This document shows positions 10,327 to 22,541 of a DNA stretch of 64,000 nucleotides, in pieces. The position numbers and the translations under genes were made by a program. Within the stretch, counting starts at the first letter, position 1; the number at the start of each line of letters is the position of its first letter. The notes beneath the pieces were generated by a model, which saw only the letters and a list, made by a program, of their open reading frames with translations, was not told the origin of the DNA and ran no database searches. This stretch comes from Monocercomonoides exilis PA203 (lineage: Eukaryota; Protista; Preaxostyla), in NCBI GenBank assembly GCA_001643675.2, contig LSRY02000015.1:744001-808000 (forward strand), read 5' to 3'.

Positions 10327-10983
10327 ATGTCAGTACCACAAGAACAAGCATATAATGTTCAACCTATGTATCCGCAAAACGCTTATCCTGCTCCGGGTCA
10401 AAATTACCCACCCGTCCAGCAGGGTCAACCAACAATTGTTTACACAACAACTCAACCTACACAAGTGTATCAACCAAATCTGCATGACCCACGAACATAT
10501 GAAGGGATCAATTGGTCAAGCTCAATAAGCACATCTGTTTCTGGAGGTGTTCCTGCATGGGGGCAAGGACAATTTGAGTCCTCAATTGCATATCTTGCAT
10601 GGTTTGCATCATTTTTTGGATTTGCAGGGATGCAAAGGATATATCTTGGAGATATTATAATGGGGGTATTGTGCTGTTTAACTGGAGGATTTTGCTGCAT
10701 CGGTCAATGCGTTGATCTGTGCACAATTGGATCAATGGTTGAAAGCAGAAACGCCGAAATTTTGAATTCGGTCAGAGAGAAAATGAAAGTTTGCTCGCAA
10801 GCACCCCAAACAGTTATTCAGGTTGCTCAACCAAATTACATCCCCCCAGCAAATTATCCAACTGCCTACTCTGCACAGCCATGTCCAGCGCCTGCCCAAT
10901 CACTTCCAGCCCAATCTTTGCCCGCGCAACCTCCAGAAAATTTGGCCATTCCAGCGGAACTTCCTGGTGAAAATTTGAAATAA
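10327..10983 (+). CDS. TM2-domain membrane protein with Pro/Gln-rich termini
   Basis: 'IAYLAWFASFFGFAGMQRIYLGDIIMGVLCCLTGGFCCIGQCVDL' matches the TM2 pattern (GxxGxxRxYLG...TxGxxxIGxxxDL). ATG at 10327, single exon. Confidence 0.8.
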   Translation: MSVPQEQAYNVQPMYPQNAYPAPGQNYPPVQQGQPTIVYTTTQPTQVYQPNLHDPRTYEGINWSSSISTSVSGGVPAWGQGQFESSIAYLAWFASFFGFAGMQRIYLGDIIMGVLCCLTGGFCCIGQCVDLCTIGSMVESRNAEILNSVREKMKVCSQAPQTVIQVAQPNYIPPANYPTAYSAQPCPAPAQSLPAQSLPAQPPENLAIPAELPGENLK

Positions 10984-11517
10984 ATAATGTTATATTTTCA
11001 GTAGAATGTTTCGCGTCCATTCAGAGACAAAATACTTTCATGCAATTTTTCAGATTGTCATTTGTTTTAAAGAAGGACTTTGTGGTTTTGAAACTCGTCT
11101 TAAATTGCAGAGTATTCTATTTTTTATCATCTAATTTTTTATAATGCTGTGTTCTTTAATTTTTATTTTTTAAAATAATTTTTGCTAAAGCATTTTCATT
11201 TGTTTTGGTACTTCATTTCATAGTTTTATTTTGCTTTAACTGCCTAGACGATGTGAGTGCGTGTGTTGCTGTATATATTTTTAATTGCTAAAAAATGCCA
11301 GTTTTGTGATATAGAAAAAATCAAATCTTGTTGCTTGAACAAAAGAAAATTTGTTAAAAAAAAAAATAAAAAATAAAAATCAGCACTAAAAGAGAAAAAA
11401 ATTCAAATTACGCCATTTAAATACACAAATTATTTGCATAGTCAATTGGTTATACAACGCAATCGTGAACAATCTGACATTTAAATAACACAATGAAATG
11501 ATGACTGTCTTTTCACG

Positions 11518-11737
<220 letters not shown>

Positions 11738-11777
11738 AATTTTTCCATTAGCAAACTCCAATCTTCTCATTAACCAA

Positions 11778-12523
11778 TCACTCTTCTGAATCACTCAGAA
11801 ACTTCACATAGGATGTCGGCACATACCCTTCAGCCTCTCCTCTCTGGCAGAGCACCCACAGCCCGTCGTTCGTCTCAGGCATCGCATAGACCACTTCCCC
11901 AGCCTCAACAGACAGCTCAGAGTCGGTGGTGGCAGAGTAGCTGTAGAGGACCTGGGAGGGAATAAAGTGGGGTGGGGGTGGGGTAGGATAAGAGAAGAAG
12001 GATGTGTATATATTTAGATAGAAGGGAATGGATTTAAGGAAAAACAGAAAGGAAAAGAAAGGATAAATGATAGTTTGAATGTTTCCAAATATTTATAAAT
12101 AAATAAATAAAAATGAAAGAATTTCAAAAGCACACTTCAACTTGCACCACCTCGATTTGTTCTTCTCCTTCTCCTTCTTCTCCTTCTCCTTCTCCTTCTC
12201 CCTCTCCCTCTGCTTCTTCTTCAGTCTTCTGCTCCTTCATCTCTTCAGAAGAATCTGAAGACAGTTTTTCGCTTTGTGAAGAAGATGTTGATTGAACGGC
12301 ATCTGAATGAGCAGAATTTGCTGTTTGAGGAGAAGATGATGAATCAGAGGAAGAAGAAGGGGAGGAGGTAGAGGAAGAAGAAGAAGAAGACGTTGGTGCT
12401 GATGATGAGGATGAAGAAGATGTGGTTGTTGGTTTTGATACTTTTACTGTTGAAATTGATGTTGCTTTAGTTCCAGCGGATGTCAATGAAGATGAAGAAG
12501 AAGAAGAAGAAGAAGAAGAAGAA

Positions 12524-12559
<36 letters not shown>

Positions 12560-13759
12560 GATGATGATGTATGCGAAGGCGAAGAAGAAGAAGAAGAAGA
12601 AGAACGCTTTGAAGCAGCAGGAGAGTTCAAAAAGAAGCTCAGCAAATCTCCCATTTGATCAGAATTTGCATCATTTCCCTGTGATGCAGAAGAATTAAAT
12701 GCATTTTTATTGTTTTTCTGCTTAACTGGCTGTATTTGAATAACAGAAGCAGAAGGAGAGGAAGGAGCAGAAGGAGAGGAAGAGGAAGGAAAAGAAGAAG
12801 AAGAAGGAAAAGAAGAGGAGGAGGGAGAAAAAGAAGAAGAAGGGGAAGAAAAGGGAGAAGAAGAAGAAGAAGAAGAAGAAGAAGAAGAAGAAGAAGAAGA
12901 AGAAGATGGTGATGCTTTCAATGAAGAAGTTGATGTGAAGGAAGATAAGTCAATAAGATCATCAGATTGATCTGAAGATGCTGTGGATGGGCTGAAAGAG
13001 AAAGAAGAAGAAGAAGAAGAAAGAGAAGAAGAGGAATTTTGGTTAATTTGAGAGAAAGTTAATGTGTTTTGAGGAGCTTGTGAAGAGTTTGGAAGAAAAG
13101 AAGAAGAAGATGTTGATGATGATGATGAATAAAATGATGGAGAAGAAGAAGAAGAGGGAGAAGAAGAAGAGGGAAAAGGAGAAGAAGAAGAAGAAAAGCC
13201 AAATATATCGACAGATGCAGATGTGGCAGGAGATGAGTTAATGTTATTGAACTGGGTGAAAGAGGAAAAGCTATCAAAAGAAGAAGAAGAAGAAGAAGAA
13301 GAAGAAGAAGAAGAAAGAGAGGAAGAAACTGGTTGTGTATTTGTTGATGTTTCAGTTTGAGTTGGAGTTAGTGAAATGTAGTTGAGTGTGGAAGAAGAAG
13401 AAGAAGATGATGATGATGATGATGATGATGAAGGAGGTGGTGGAGGAGGCGGAGGAGGAGGAGCATTACGTCTTGTTGATTTGTGTAATGAGAAAAAAGG
13501 TAAAGAAGCAAAGAAGGAACCGGAAGGCTGTTTGGATAGTATTTTTTGTTCTGTGTTTTGAATGAGGATGGGAAGAGATGGAGTGGAAGAAGAAGAAGAA
13601 GAAGAAGAGCCATATCTCTGGAATTTGAAGAGAAACGAGAGAAGAAAAACATATCAAGGGGGAGAAGGAGGAAGGAAAGAAATGATTAATGATGTTTTTC
13701 AAAAATAAATAAATTAATAAATCAATAAAATAAATGCAAAATCAAACAAACAAACAAAA

Positions 13760-13810
<51 letters not shown>

Positions 13811-14443
13811 GTTATGAAATGGCATAGCATGTTCTTTTGCAATTGCATGCATTGATGTTTCTCAATTGACGCTAAAAAAAATGCTAATAACTCCATTTTA
13901 GTATCTCTTTCACGCTCACATGGGCACGTATATACAAACTCTCTCTCTCTCTCTATCTATCTATCTTTCTTTATTTATTTTTTAATTTATTTATTTATTT
14001 CTCTATCTCTGATAACACACTCTTTTAATCTCTTCAAAGTGCTGTGTCTGGAACAGGCTTTTAGCAGAAGAAGGAGCCAAAGAAGAGGAAAAATCATCGA
14101 GATCAGCGCCAATATCAATTGAATCACATTTTGTGAGGCATTCACGAACAGCATTGGAAGAGAAGAGAAGATGCTGGGAAAGAAGAAAATATTGTTTTAG
14201 AATTAAGGGGGGGGGGGGGGGTGGACAGAGAGAAAGAGAGAAGGAGAAAGAGAGAAAGAAAGAAAGAAAGAGAGAAAGAGAGAAAGAGAGAGAAAGCGAG
14301 AGAGAAACATTTTAATTGGAAATTAGAAAAAAGATAAAAAAAGAATGAGTGAAAAAAATAGAATCAAAAAAAATTACGAAAAATAAAATAAAACAATTCA
14401 AAATATCAAAAAAAAAAAAAAATAAAAATAAAAAATAAAAAAA

Positions 14444-14498
<55 letters not shown>

Positions 14499-15506
14499 AA
14501 TATCTCAAAACAACTTTCACAATTATTTCAGCAAGCATCTGCAGAATCAAAACAGACACTCGTTTCCACACCTTCTCCCACGCAGCATAAAAACTAACAA
14601 GCATCGTCTTTTGAGACTGCATGCGCTGCGTCTCAAGTCTCTCCATCTGCTCCAAAACCTCTTTTTCCTTCACAGCTGTCTCTGCTTCAATCTTTTTGCA
14701 GGCAGCAATCGCTTCTCTGTAGCTGCTTTCTGCTGCACTTTGAGATGAAAACAAAATTTGGGTTGCCTTTTGCAGCTTTAAAAGCTTATCGGGTTTCGTT
14801 GTTTGATCTTTCTGCGCATTATCAAGTTCCCATTCGGATTCGTCCCATTCCCTGAAAGCCCAATGATATTTTTCTTTTTTCTAGCAGAAAAAAATAAGTT
14901 GTGAAAAGTATAGAAAAAATATAGAAAAATAAAATGAAACAATAAGCATGGCAAATTTAAATTCAAACTTTATTCACTTCTTCAACAATGTCTTCTCTTT
15001 TCTTTTTAATTCCAAAAAGTGCTCTTTCTGCTTGATTCCACTGTTGCAAATATTCTTTACTTTCTTTTTCTATAAATTCAAACATTTCTTTAAATGTTTG
15101 CGATAACTCAGATGCAGATTTCTCAACAGACGTCACTTGATCTTTCATTGAGTCCCAGACTTCGCCAAGAGAACTTATGATTGTGATAAATGTTAAAAAA
15201 TATATAATGTAATATAAAACCCTCTTTGTTCCATCTGAAGAAATCTTCGAGCTTTCAATTCATCAGCAAAATGTTTATATGCAATTTGATTCTTTTCAAA
15301 GCGCTTTTGAATTTGCTCGTATGACCTATTGCATAAAGCATGTGCATATATGTTTTTAATAATTTATTATTTTTGCTTATACGTTCAAAATAGCATGAAA
15401 TATACTGTTTTCCACATTTTCCTCTTTCCTGGAGCTCAGTTGTAAGACCTTTTAATTGCTCGCAGAAACAATTTGTATTTAATTTTTTATATTCTTTAGA
15501 AAACAT
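11778..15506 (-). CDS. F-BAR (FCH) + Ser/Pro-rich linker + C-terminal SH3 protein (PSTPIP/PACSIN/Cdc15-like architecture), 7 exons, ~842 aa
   Basis: Predicted exons 15506-15406, 15325-15221, 15173-14969, 14880-14572, 14173-14021, 13617-12136, 11951-11778 join in frame with GT-AG introns (2529 nt). FCH-like 'SYEQIQKRFEKNQIAYKHFADELKAR', 'GSLGEVWDSM', 'LEQMERLETQRM', 'CDSIDIGADLDDF'. SH3 'VEVLYSYSATTDSELSVEAGEVVYAM..GLWV..EGYVPTSYVKFL'. Confidence 0.8.
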
Positions 15507-15644
15507 AGATTGACAACCACGTTAATATAAGGATTTAAATTGAATTACAAAAAAGTTTTTTCTAACCCTTAACAGAAAATGAAACATCCGGAAATGGATG
15601 ATTTTGCGTTGCAAATTTTCTGAATATACTCCATAATCTTATAC

Positions 15645-16708
15645 ATGGAACTTCTTGAACAGTTCTCTTCTCTTGAAGAATTACATTTTAAATTGCAAGG
15701 TGAACTTGAAAAATCCAAACAAGAAGCAGAAAAAGCTATAAATCTCGAAAAACTTTTAGATGAAATGAAAGAAGAAAATAGAAAATTAAACAATGTTATT
15801 GAGCTTCAGCAAGAAAGCATGATGAAAGCTGCATCCCTTCAGGTTTGACGTATATCCTGTTTTTAAAATTTTTAAATTTTTTATTGATTTTCTGATAGGC
15901 AGTCAATCAACAGCTTTTACGTATTCTTCAACAAAAAGACGAGGCAATTTCCTCATTAACTTCAGTTTATTTTCCGCACTTTTTTATTTACTCCATATTT
16001 TGTGTATTTATTATTTTTATCATATTCTTTAAAGCAAATAAAAATTCAAAAAACGGAGCAAGAAAATTTTCGGGATCGATCCGCACAAAGAGAACAAGTA
16101 ATTGAAGCAGAACTGCTTAAAGTTAAGGTTGATTGTGATGAAAAAGATGTTATGATTGAAGCTCTTCAAAAAGAAACCATATCACTTCACTCTCTTGTAT
16201 CATCAGAAAAAGGAGAAAGTTTGTCCTTAAAAATTAATAAACGCTAAGATGAGATATTTTGTTGATGTAGTGATGATTATGATGCAACATACTGGAATGA
16301 AGTTCGAAGATCAGCTTGGCAAAGCACAAAGAATAATTGAATCAACAAGTGAAGAAAGGGACAAAGCATTGATTGATCTTTCTAGAACCACAAAGGATGT
16401 ATGATTTATGAACGTTGTTGTGCTTCAACAATTTTGCTTAATTGCTTTGTATTTTAAGTTTGAAGAAAAGCTTTTGCAAATGTCATTGTCGTCTCAATCA
16501 TCATCCTTCAATCCTCAATCAAATAGACTTATTGAAATATATAAAGCAAAAATGATTCAGCAAAAAGTGTGTGTTTTTATTTAAAAAAAATTGATTTTTT
16601 CTTTTCTTTTTTTCTTTCTTTCTTTTTTTTTTTTTTTTTTTTTTTTTTTCATTTTAGTCTGCTTATGAATCAACCATTGCTTCTCTACGAGCTCAATTAA
16701 ATAAATGA
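15645..16708 (+). CDS. Coiled-coil protein, CCDC152-like, 6 exons, ~244 aa
   Basis: Predicted exons 15645-15842, 15899-15964, 16035-16218, 16271-16398, 16459-16566, 16658-16708 join in frame with GT-AG introns. Heptad-rich. N-term 'LLEQFSSLEE' and C-term 'FEEKL..IEIYKAKM..TIASLRAQL' resemble CCDC152 as recalled. Confidence 0.65.
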
Positions 16709-17190
16709 ACATCAAAAAGAATATTTTCATTTAGGTTATTTGAAGTGTTGTGATATTAGCCTTCTAGACAGACGTAACTGCGTGGAGGCAAAAAATATGA
16801 AGATTTTTTTTTTTTTTGAAGTGTGCATAAAAATGAAACAAACAAAGTTTTTCCATACAATAAGTTCGTGTATGTCTTTTACAATTTTTTTGTTTGAACA
16901 TTATTTTTGTTGAAACGTACATGAATGTTTAATTTATAAAAAATAGCAAATAACTTACAAAATTCCAAAAAAATGTTGTTTTTTTCTCCAAAAACTGTTT
17001 AAAAATTGAATTATTTTAGTTAATAAGAAAATTTTCATGAAAATTTCTTTTAATGAAAAAGAATAATTTTCTCAAACATTCTTCGTTGCAAAGCAACAAA
17101 TAAAGAACTTATAATTGTGAAATTTTTGAAAAGAAAAAGTTTTGTTTCGAAATTAAAAAAGCTTTCAAAAAATTTAAACTAACTCATTTA

Positions 17191-17538
17191 GTGCAGAAAA
17201 TACCGGACAATATCGATTTCTCAATAACCGCAAGAGGAATAATTCTGGCGTTTTTCATCAAAATATATCTCATCAATGCAAACTCATTTGATATGCAAAA
17301 CTTTCAAAATAGCTTCATTTGTACTCATAAAAAATAATTTTGAAAATTTCGGAGAAAAAGGATTATAAATTTCTTCAAGATTTTTATAATAATTTTCTCT
17401 GAGCACAAATGAAGCTATTTTGAAAGTCTTGTATTTCACGTGAGTTTGTATTGATGAGATATATTTTGTGAGAAAAATTATCAAAATTTTTCTTCTTGCA
17501 GTTATCGAGAAATCGATATTGTCAGGCATTTTTTGCAC
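17191..17538. mobile_element. Foldback/MITE-like element with ~155-bp imperfect inverted arms
   Basis: Left arm GTGCAGAAAATACCGGACAATATCGATTTCTCAATAACCGCAAGA.. is the reverse complement of the right arm ..TCTTGCAGTTATCGAGAAATCGATATTGTCAGGCATTTTTTGCAC. Pairing continues through CAAAATATATCTCATCAAT and TTTCAAAATAGCTTCATTTGT. Confidence 0.8.
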
Positions 17539-17739
17539 GAACTGTATATGTTAATTATGTCCATTTAACAAAAATGTTAGAATAATGAATATCGCTAAGA
17601 CAGTCTTTGACAAAATGAGGCAACAATCTTTTTCTTTCAATAAACAAATTAAAGTTTTTTTTTAGTGAGTTATTAATAGTTCACTTTTTATTTGTTTAAA
17701 ATTTTTCGATTTAAAAAATGACGCCAAAATTTTTTCTTA

Positions 17740-17880
17740 TCGAAAAAGTTTAAATAATGATGGAAAATATTTTATTCAAAATCGAAAATGTTTAAAACAA
17801 CATCGAAAAAGTTTAATTCAACATCGAAAATTATTATTAAAAATTGGTAAACTTTCATTCGGTGTCGAAAATTCTTTATC
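17740..17880. repeat. Degenerate 21-bp minisatellite, ~7 units (TCGAAAA core)
   Basis: T(C/G)GAAAA-type cores start at 17740, 17761, 17782, 17803, 17824, 17845 (degenerate) and 17865. Confidence 0.7.
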
Positions 17881-17920
17881 ATCAAAAATTTTGAAAAAAT
17901 TTTCAAAATTTTAACTCATA

Positions 17921-18345
17921 TGGGTAATTATTTTTGAAAAGTCATAAATGTTTAATTTTCAAACAAATCAAAAATTTCATTTTTTCATCAAATTTCTGTT
18001 CCCACTCACGAAATTTCACTAAAATGGAATTAATGACATAATCAAGTTTTTGATTTCATGACTGCGAAATTTAGTGAGTGGGAACATAAATTTGATGAAA
18101 ATATGAAATTTTTATTTTATTTGAAAATAAAACAAGAGGAAGTTTTCAAAAAAATTTAGACATATCTTGATCAAATTTCTGTTCCCGCTCATGCAACTTC
18201 ACCAAAGCGGAGGATATAATTTGACAATGCTATTTTACACATTCCTGTGAAGTTGCATGAGCGGGAACTGAAATTTGATCAAGATATGAAATTTTTGATT
18301 TATTTGAAAATTAAACATTTGCGACATTACAAAAATAATTACTCA
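17921..18345. mobile_element. Double-hairpin MITE-like element (family B)
   Basis: Inverted arm pairs 17921-18019/18064-18133 and 18161-18202/18247-18345, with core TCAAATTTCTGTTCCC(A/G)CTCA. Outer termini TGGGTAATTATTTTTG..CAAAAATAATTACTCA. Same family at 63074-63316. Confidence 0.8.
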
Positions 18346-21300
18346 TTTCAGTTTTTTCTACAGTGGATAATCAGATGAATTTGTCTATTTCGAACAGAAA
18401 AATACTTTTTTGAAGTTTTTTGGTGTTTGATAGTGTGCTATTGCGTCAATAGGAAAATTTATAATTTTTTTTAGACATTTCACATTTGATCTGGAGATAA
18501 TTAGCAATTTTTGCAATAAATAAAATAGATTGAATAGTTCATTATCCAGTATTTCTCATCAAAAAAGACAGAAATTAATCTTATTGATTTGAAACGAAAT
18601 GTTTTGAATTTCATTTATTGCATTGGAAGCTGAAAAAATATAACATTTTCAATCTTTAAAATGAGAAAAGAATCGATTGATATCAGTCTTTTCATAGAAA
18701 GCAGTAGTTAAAAAACGAAAGAAAAACATTTCCAAATAAAAAACATTTGCAATTATCAACATTTGTGTGAAGAAAACTCACTTGATTTAGATTTGAATTG
18801 ATATTCTAAATAAATGAACTTCTTTTTTGATTTGGAGTTAAAGTTTTTCGATCTTGAATTATTTTTTCTGTATATTCGAAAAAAAATGATGATAAGCTAT
18901 CAAAAAAATTTTATTTTTTATTCAAGAAAATATTTTTTCACCATTAATTAAAAGTGAAAATACCTCAAATTTTTTCTGTTTTAATAACGATAAAATACTC
19001 GCTAATGGTATCACATGTTTTTTATTTTGAGTGTTTTTAGTTTTGTTATTGTTTCAGAACCTGAACTTTTTTTAATGGTTTTTTCAATTTTTTGAAATAA
19101 AACGATTTGCTATTCAATGACTTTTTCTATTAAAAGATTTTTTGACAAAAAAAGAAGGAACAATGAACTTTGCAATTTTCATTTCTTTCTTTTTTTTTAT
19201 TGAAAATAATTGGAATAATGACGAAAATGGGTGTCACAAATATTTTGAAAAAGAAAATTATGATTTTAAAAAAGGATGTTAATAAGATAAATCATCACAA
19301 TCATTGTTAAAAAAAAAGATTTTTTGTCTTTTTGAATACCATTATTTATTATTTTATTTCATTAATCAGCTTTTCAAACAGCAAAAAGTCATGTTTTCTC
19401 AAATGCACTCTTTTTTTATCTAAATTTCGTGAAACAAAAAAAGAAAAGATAGAAAGAAATATTTTGAAAGAGAAAAAATAAAATTCAGTCTATTGACAAT
19501 AACAACACAACAGTCACAAATCAAAAAAAACTCGGACTTTTTTTGTTTACCAATATTCTTATAAATAAAATATAAACAAACAGATTATTTCCCTAAAAAA
19601 TCAAACAAAAATTATTTTTTTGATATTTTTGAAATGATGTTTGAAGGTGTTAATTGATTTTTTTTTCACAAAAACGTTCATAGGAGTCAGAGAATAACAA
19701 TTACGATTAATTTTTTGGTTTCAATAAAACACTGATCCTGCAGTTTATTTTATCAACTTTCATCTTTTGTTTTCAACTTCATAAGTTTCATTATCTCTTT
19801 ATATCAAACTTTATTATTTTTGTAATTTAAAAATGGAAATTAAAAATGGGAGAAATAATTATAAAAAGGCAAATAATTCTTTTATTCAAACTTTTTCTGC
19901 GTTTCTTCACTTTAAAATTATATTTTTTGTATTTATTTTTCATGCGGTGAGTTGACATCCGAATAAATGACAAAATTCTATTATTTAACAATTAATTAAG
20001 ATTTTTTCCACCAAAATTTCAATAAATATTAGTCAATTTATATCGAAATAAAAATGAAAGATTTATTCAATGTTTCTCGAATGAATATCCTTAATTTGAA
20101 GTTATCATCACTTGAATGAAAAAGTTGTTTTATTGTTTTTTCTTAAATAACAATGAGATAATCTCTTTTCCATAATCCAACTTTGAACTGAAATGAAATT
20201 TGTTGGTGAAAACTATGTATTTTTGTTCTAATAAAAAAATGGGGGAAAATTCGGACTTTCAAGCTTTCTTTCTTTCTTTTTTTGAACAAATCATAAAAAA
20301 ATTTTCTTTTTTTTTTCAAAACTGTATTCAACTTTTTCAGTTTTCAAAAAATCTGGGTTATTCTTTTTGATTTCAAAATTAATCGATAAATATTTTCTTC
20401 AGAAAAATATCATTTGAATATTAACAAATGAGCACAAAAAAGTGAAATGGAATGAAAAAAAATTTCTCCATCTTTTTTTCAGCATAAACATCGTTGTCAA
20501 AGATATAGTTGTGATGAATTTTTCATTTAAATACTAAATCTCTTTCCAATGACAAACAACATTTGGAGCAAAATTTTTGCTTCTGTGAAAAAAACAGAGA
20601 TTTGTTCCTAACTTTTTCTACAATCATTTCATTATAAATCAACCTTAACTATGCAAATAATTACAGAAAAACTGAAAAATTGAGAAAAATATTTGTTTGA
20701 GAAGAATGGAACAAAATTCATAAAACAAAATATTTCGTCCCATTTGAAAAATGAACATCTTGAAAATAGTTATGGTTTCAAAAACAATCATCCATATTTT
20801 ATGAGAACTTTTTAAAAAACTTCTGATTCTAAAACTGAAGCTATATCAAAATTATGTTCATTTAAACATTCCATTCATCAAAAAATAAAATTTCTCTCTC
20901 TATTGAATAGATAAACAAATTCCATTTATTTTAACAAAATAAAAATTGATAAAACCAAATAGGTTGCTTTTATGAAAAATTTTCGTATTTCAATTAGCCC
21001 ATTATTAAATATATTTTCTTGCATTTTTTATTTTCTGTTTTTTCCATTCCAATGGCAAAGTTGAGTCTGCGCAGATGCGAATATGTACACAAACAATATT
21101 TTATTCATGCTATTCTTCGAATGCAAAAGGGTTTTATTTGGTCTCTGCCAGATATCCTTTGTCAGCAGGAAATGGATGATTTTGAAGGCACGAAAGACAA
21201 AAAAGTCTTTATTCTATTTGAATTAAATATTCCTTTTTGTTTTTTACCAATACTCAATTTTCATCTGAAATACTTTCAGTTCTGTTTTTGGAGTTTTTTT

Positions 21301-22541
21301 TGAACGAAAAACGTTTGTTGAGATAGACCCAAAGCGCTTTGAAGATGAAATGGATTAATTTTCTGACTCAAGTATCTTTTCAACGATGATTTGCAATAAT
21401 AGACAAAGTTCGCTTGAAAAAGGAGAGATGATGACAAATGATGCCTTTGACTCAAAAACCTAATGAAAAACAAATAACTCATTGGTAACAATGGCTACAC
21501 CATCAAAATTGAAGGTTTTGCATTTATTTTCTTTATTTTTTCAAATATTTATTAATCTTTTGTTTTTGATAAAAAGTTTTGAAATTATTGTCAAAAGAAT
21601 CAAGAGAAAAAAAGATTTCAGGAAAAGTGACGAAGAATTTGAGTCAATGTTGTAAATCGCTTCTTTTTTCTTTCTAAAAGATTCATTGATGAACGATGAC
21701 TATTTTGCGAAAAAAGAAACGAAAGCTCGAAATGAGATGTTTTCCAGTTTGTTTCAAAACAATCTTAAACAAAGAATCATGAAGGAGGATTGGAGAAGAA
21801 AAGTCATAAAAATGAAAGATTTGCGCTGCACTGGAAGGAAGACCATTGATGATTGGGAAGTATTTTTTTTTTTTTTTTTGGAAAAGTTGAATGCTTTGAA
21901 GATGAAGCATGAGCGACAAAAGAAAATGGAAAAAGTGAAGATAATTGAAATAAATTTGACAAAACAACTCAGAAGAAATAATGAAGATTCTGAAATAGCG
22001 AATGAAAAAATGATAGAAAAGGAAGAGAGAAAAGAGGAAAAAATGACTTTTAAAGGAATTTGAAATGAAGTTTTCGAAACCAGGAAGATTTGAAATGATG
22101 GAAAAATTGATAAAAATCAAATGAATTTTTCAAACGAATAAAGACCTCTCTTTGAACATTCAAAGTTTGTGAAAATGTTGTTCATTTTTTATTCCAATTT
22201 CTATTTCTAAATATTTCCAACGAAAATATCACTCTTAATAGACATTTTTCTTTCATAAATAGGGAATTCCTCCACGAAGAATTTTTCGTTGGAAATGATC
22301 TTTGGAGGAAAACATACTTCATTCAGATCGAATTTAATAAAATATATGTGATTCAAGAGCGATGAAAAAGAAAAAACCAATCATTTTCAGCTGAATGATA
22401 TAAATATTTCTTGACAGAATAATTGAAATGACGATCGGTTTTTCAAATAGAAGAAAGGCTAAAAGAATCAATATTTATGAAATTCGAAATCATTATTGAA
22501 TTTTATAAAAATATGGTTAATTCTGACCCATAATAATTATC

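Noticed and set aside
17740-17880. CRISPR-like appearance of the spaced TCGAAAA repeats
   Set aside because: The 21-bp period and 7-bp core are far too short, there are no cas genes, and the context is eukaryotic.
21019-22120. Lys/Glu-rich short ORFs (e.g. 21686-22063) that may be a decayed gene
   Set aside because: No recognisable domain, and no consistent exon model could be built.
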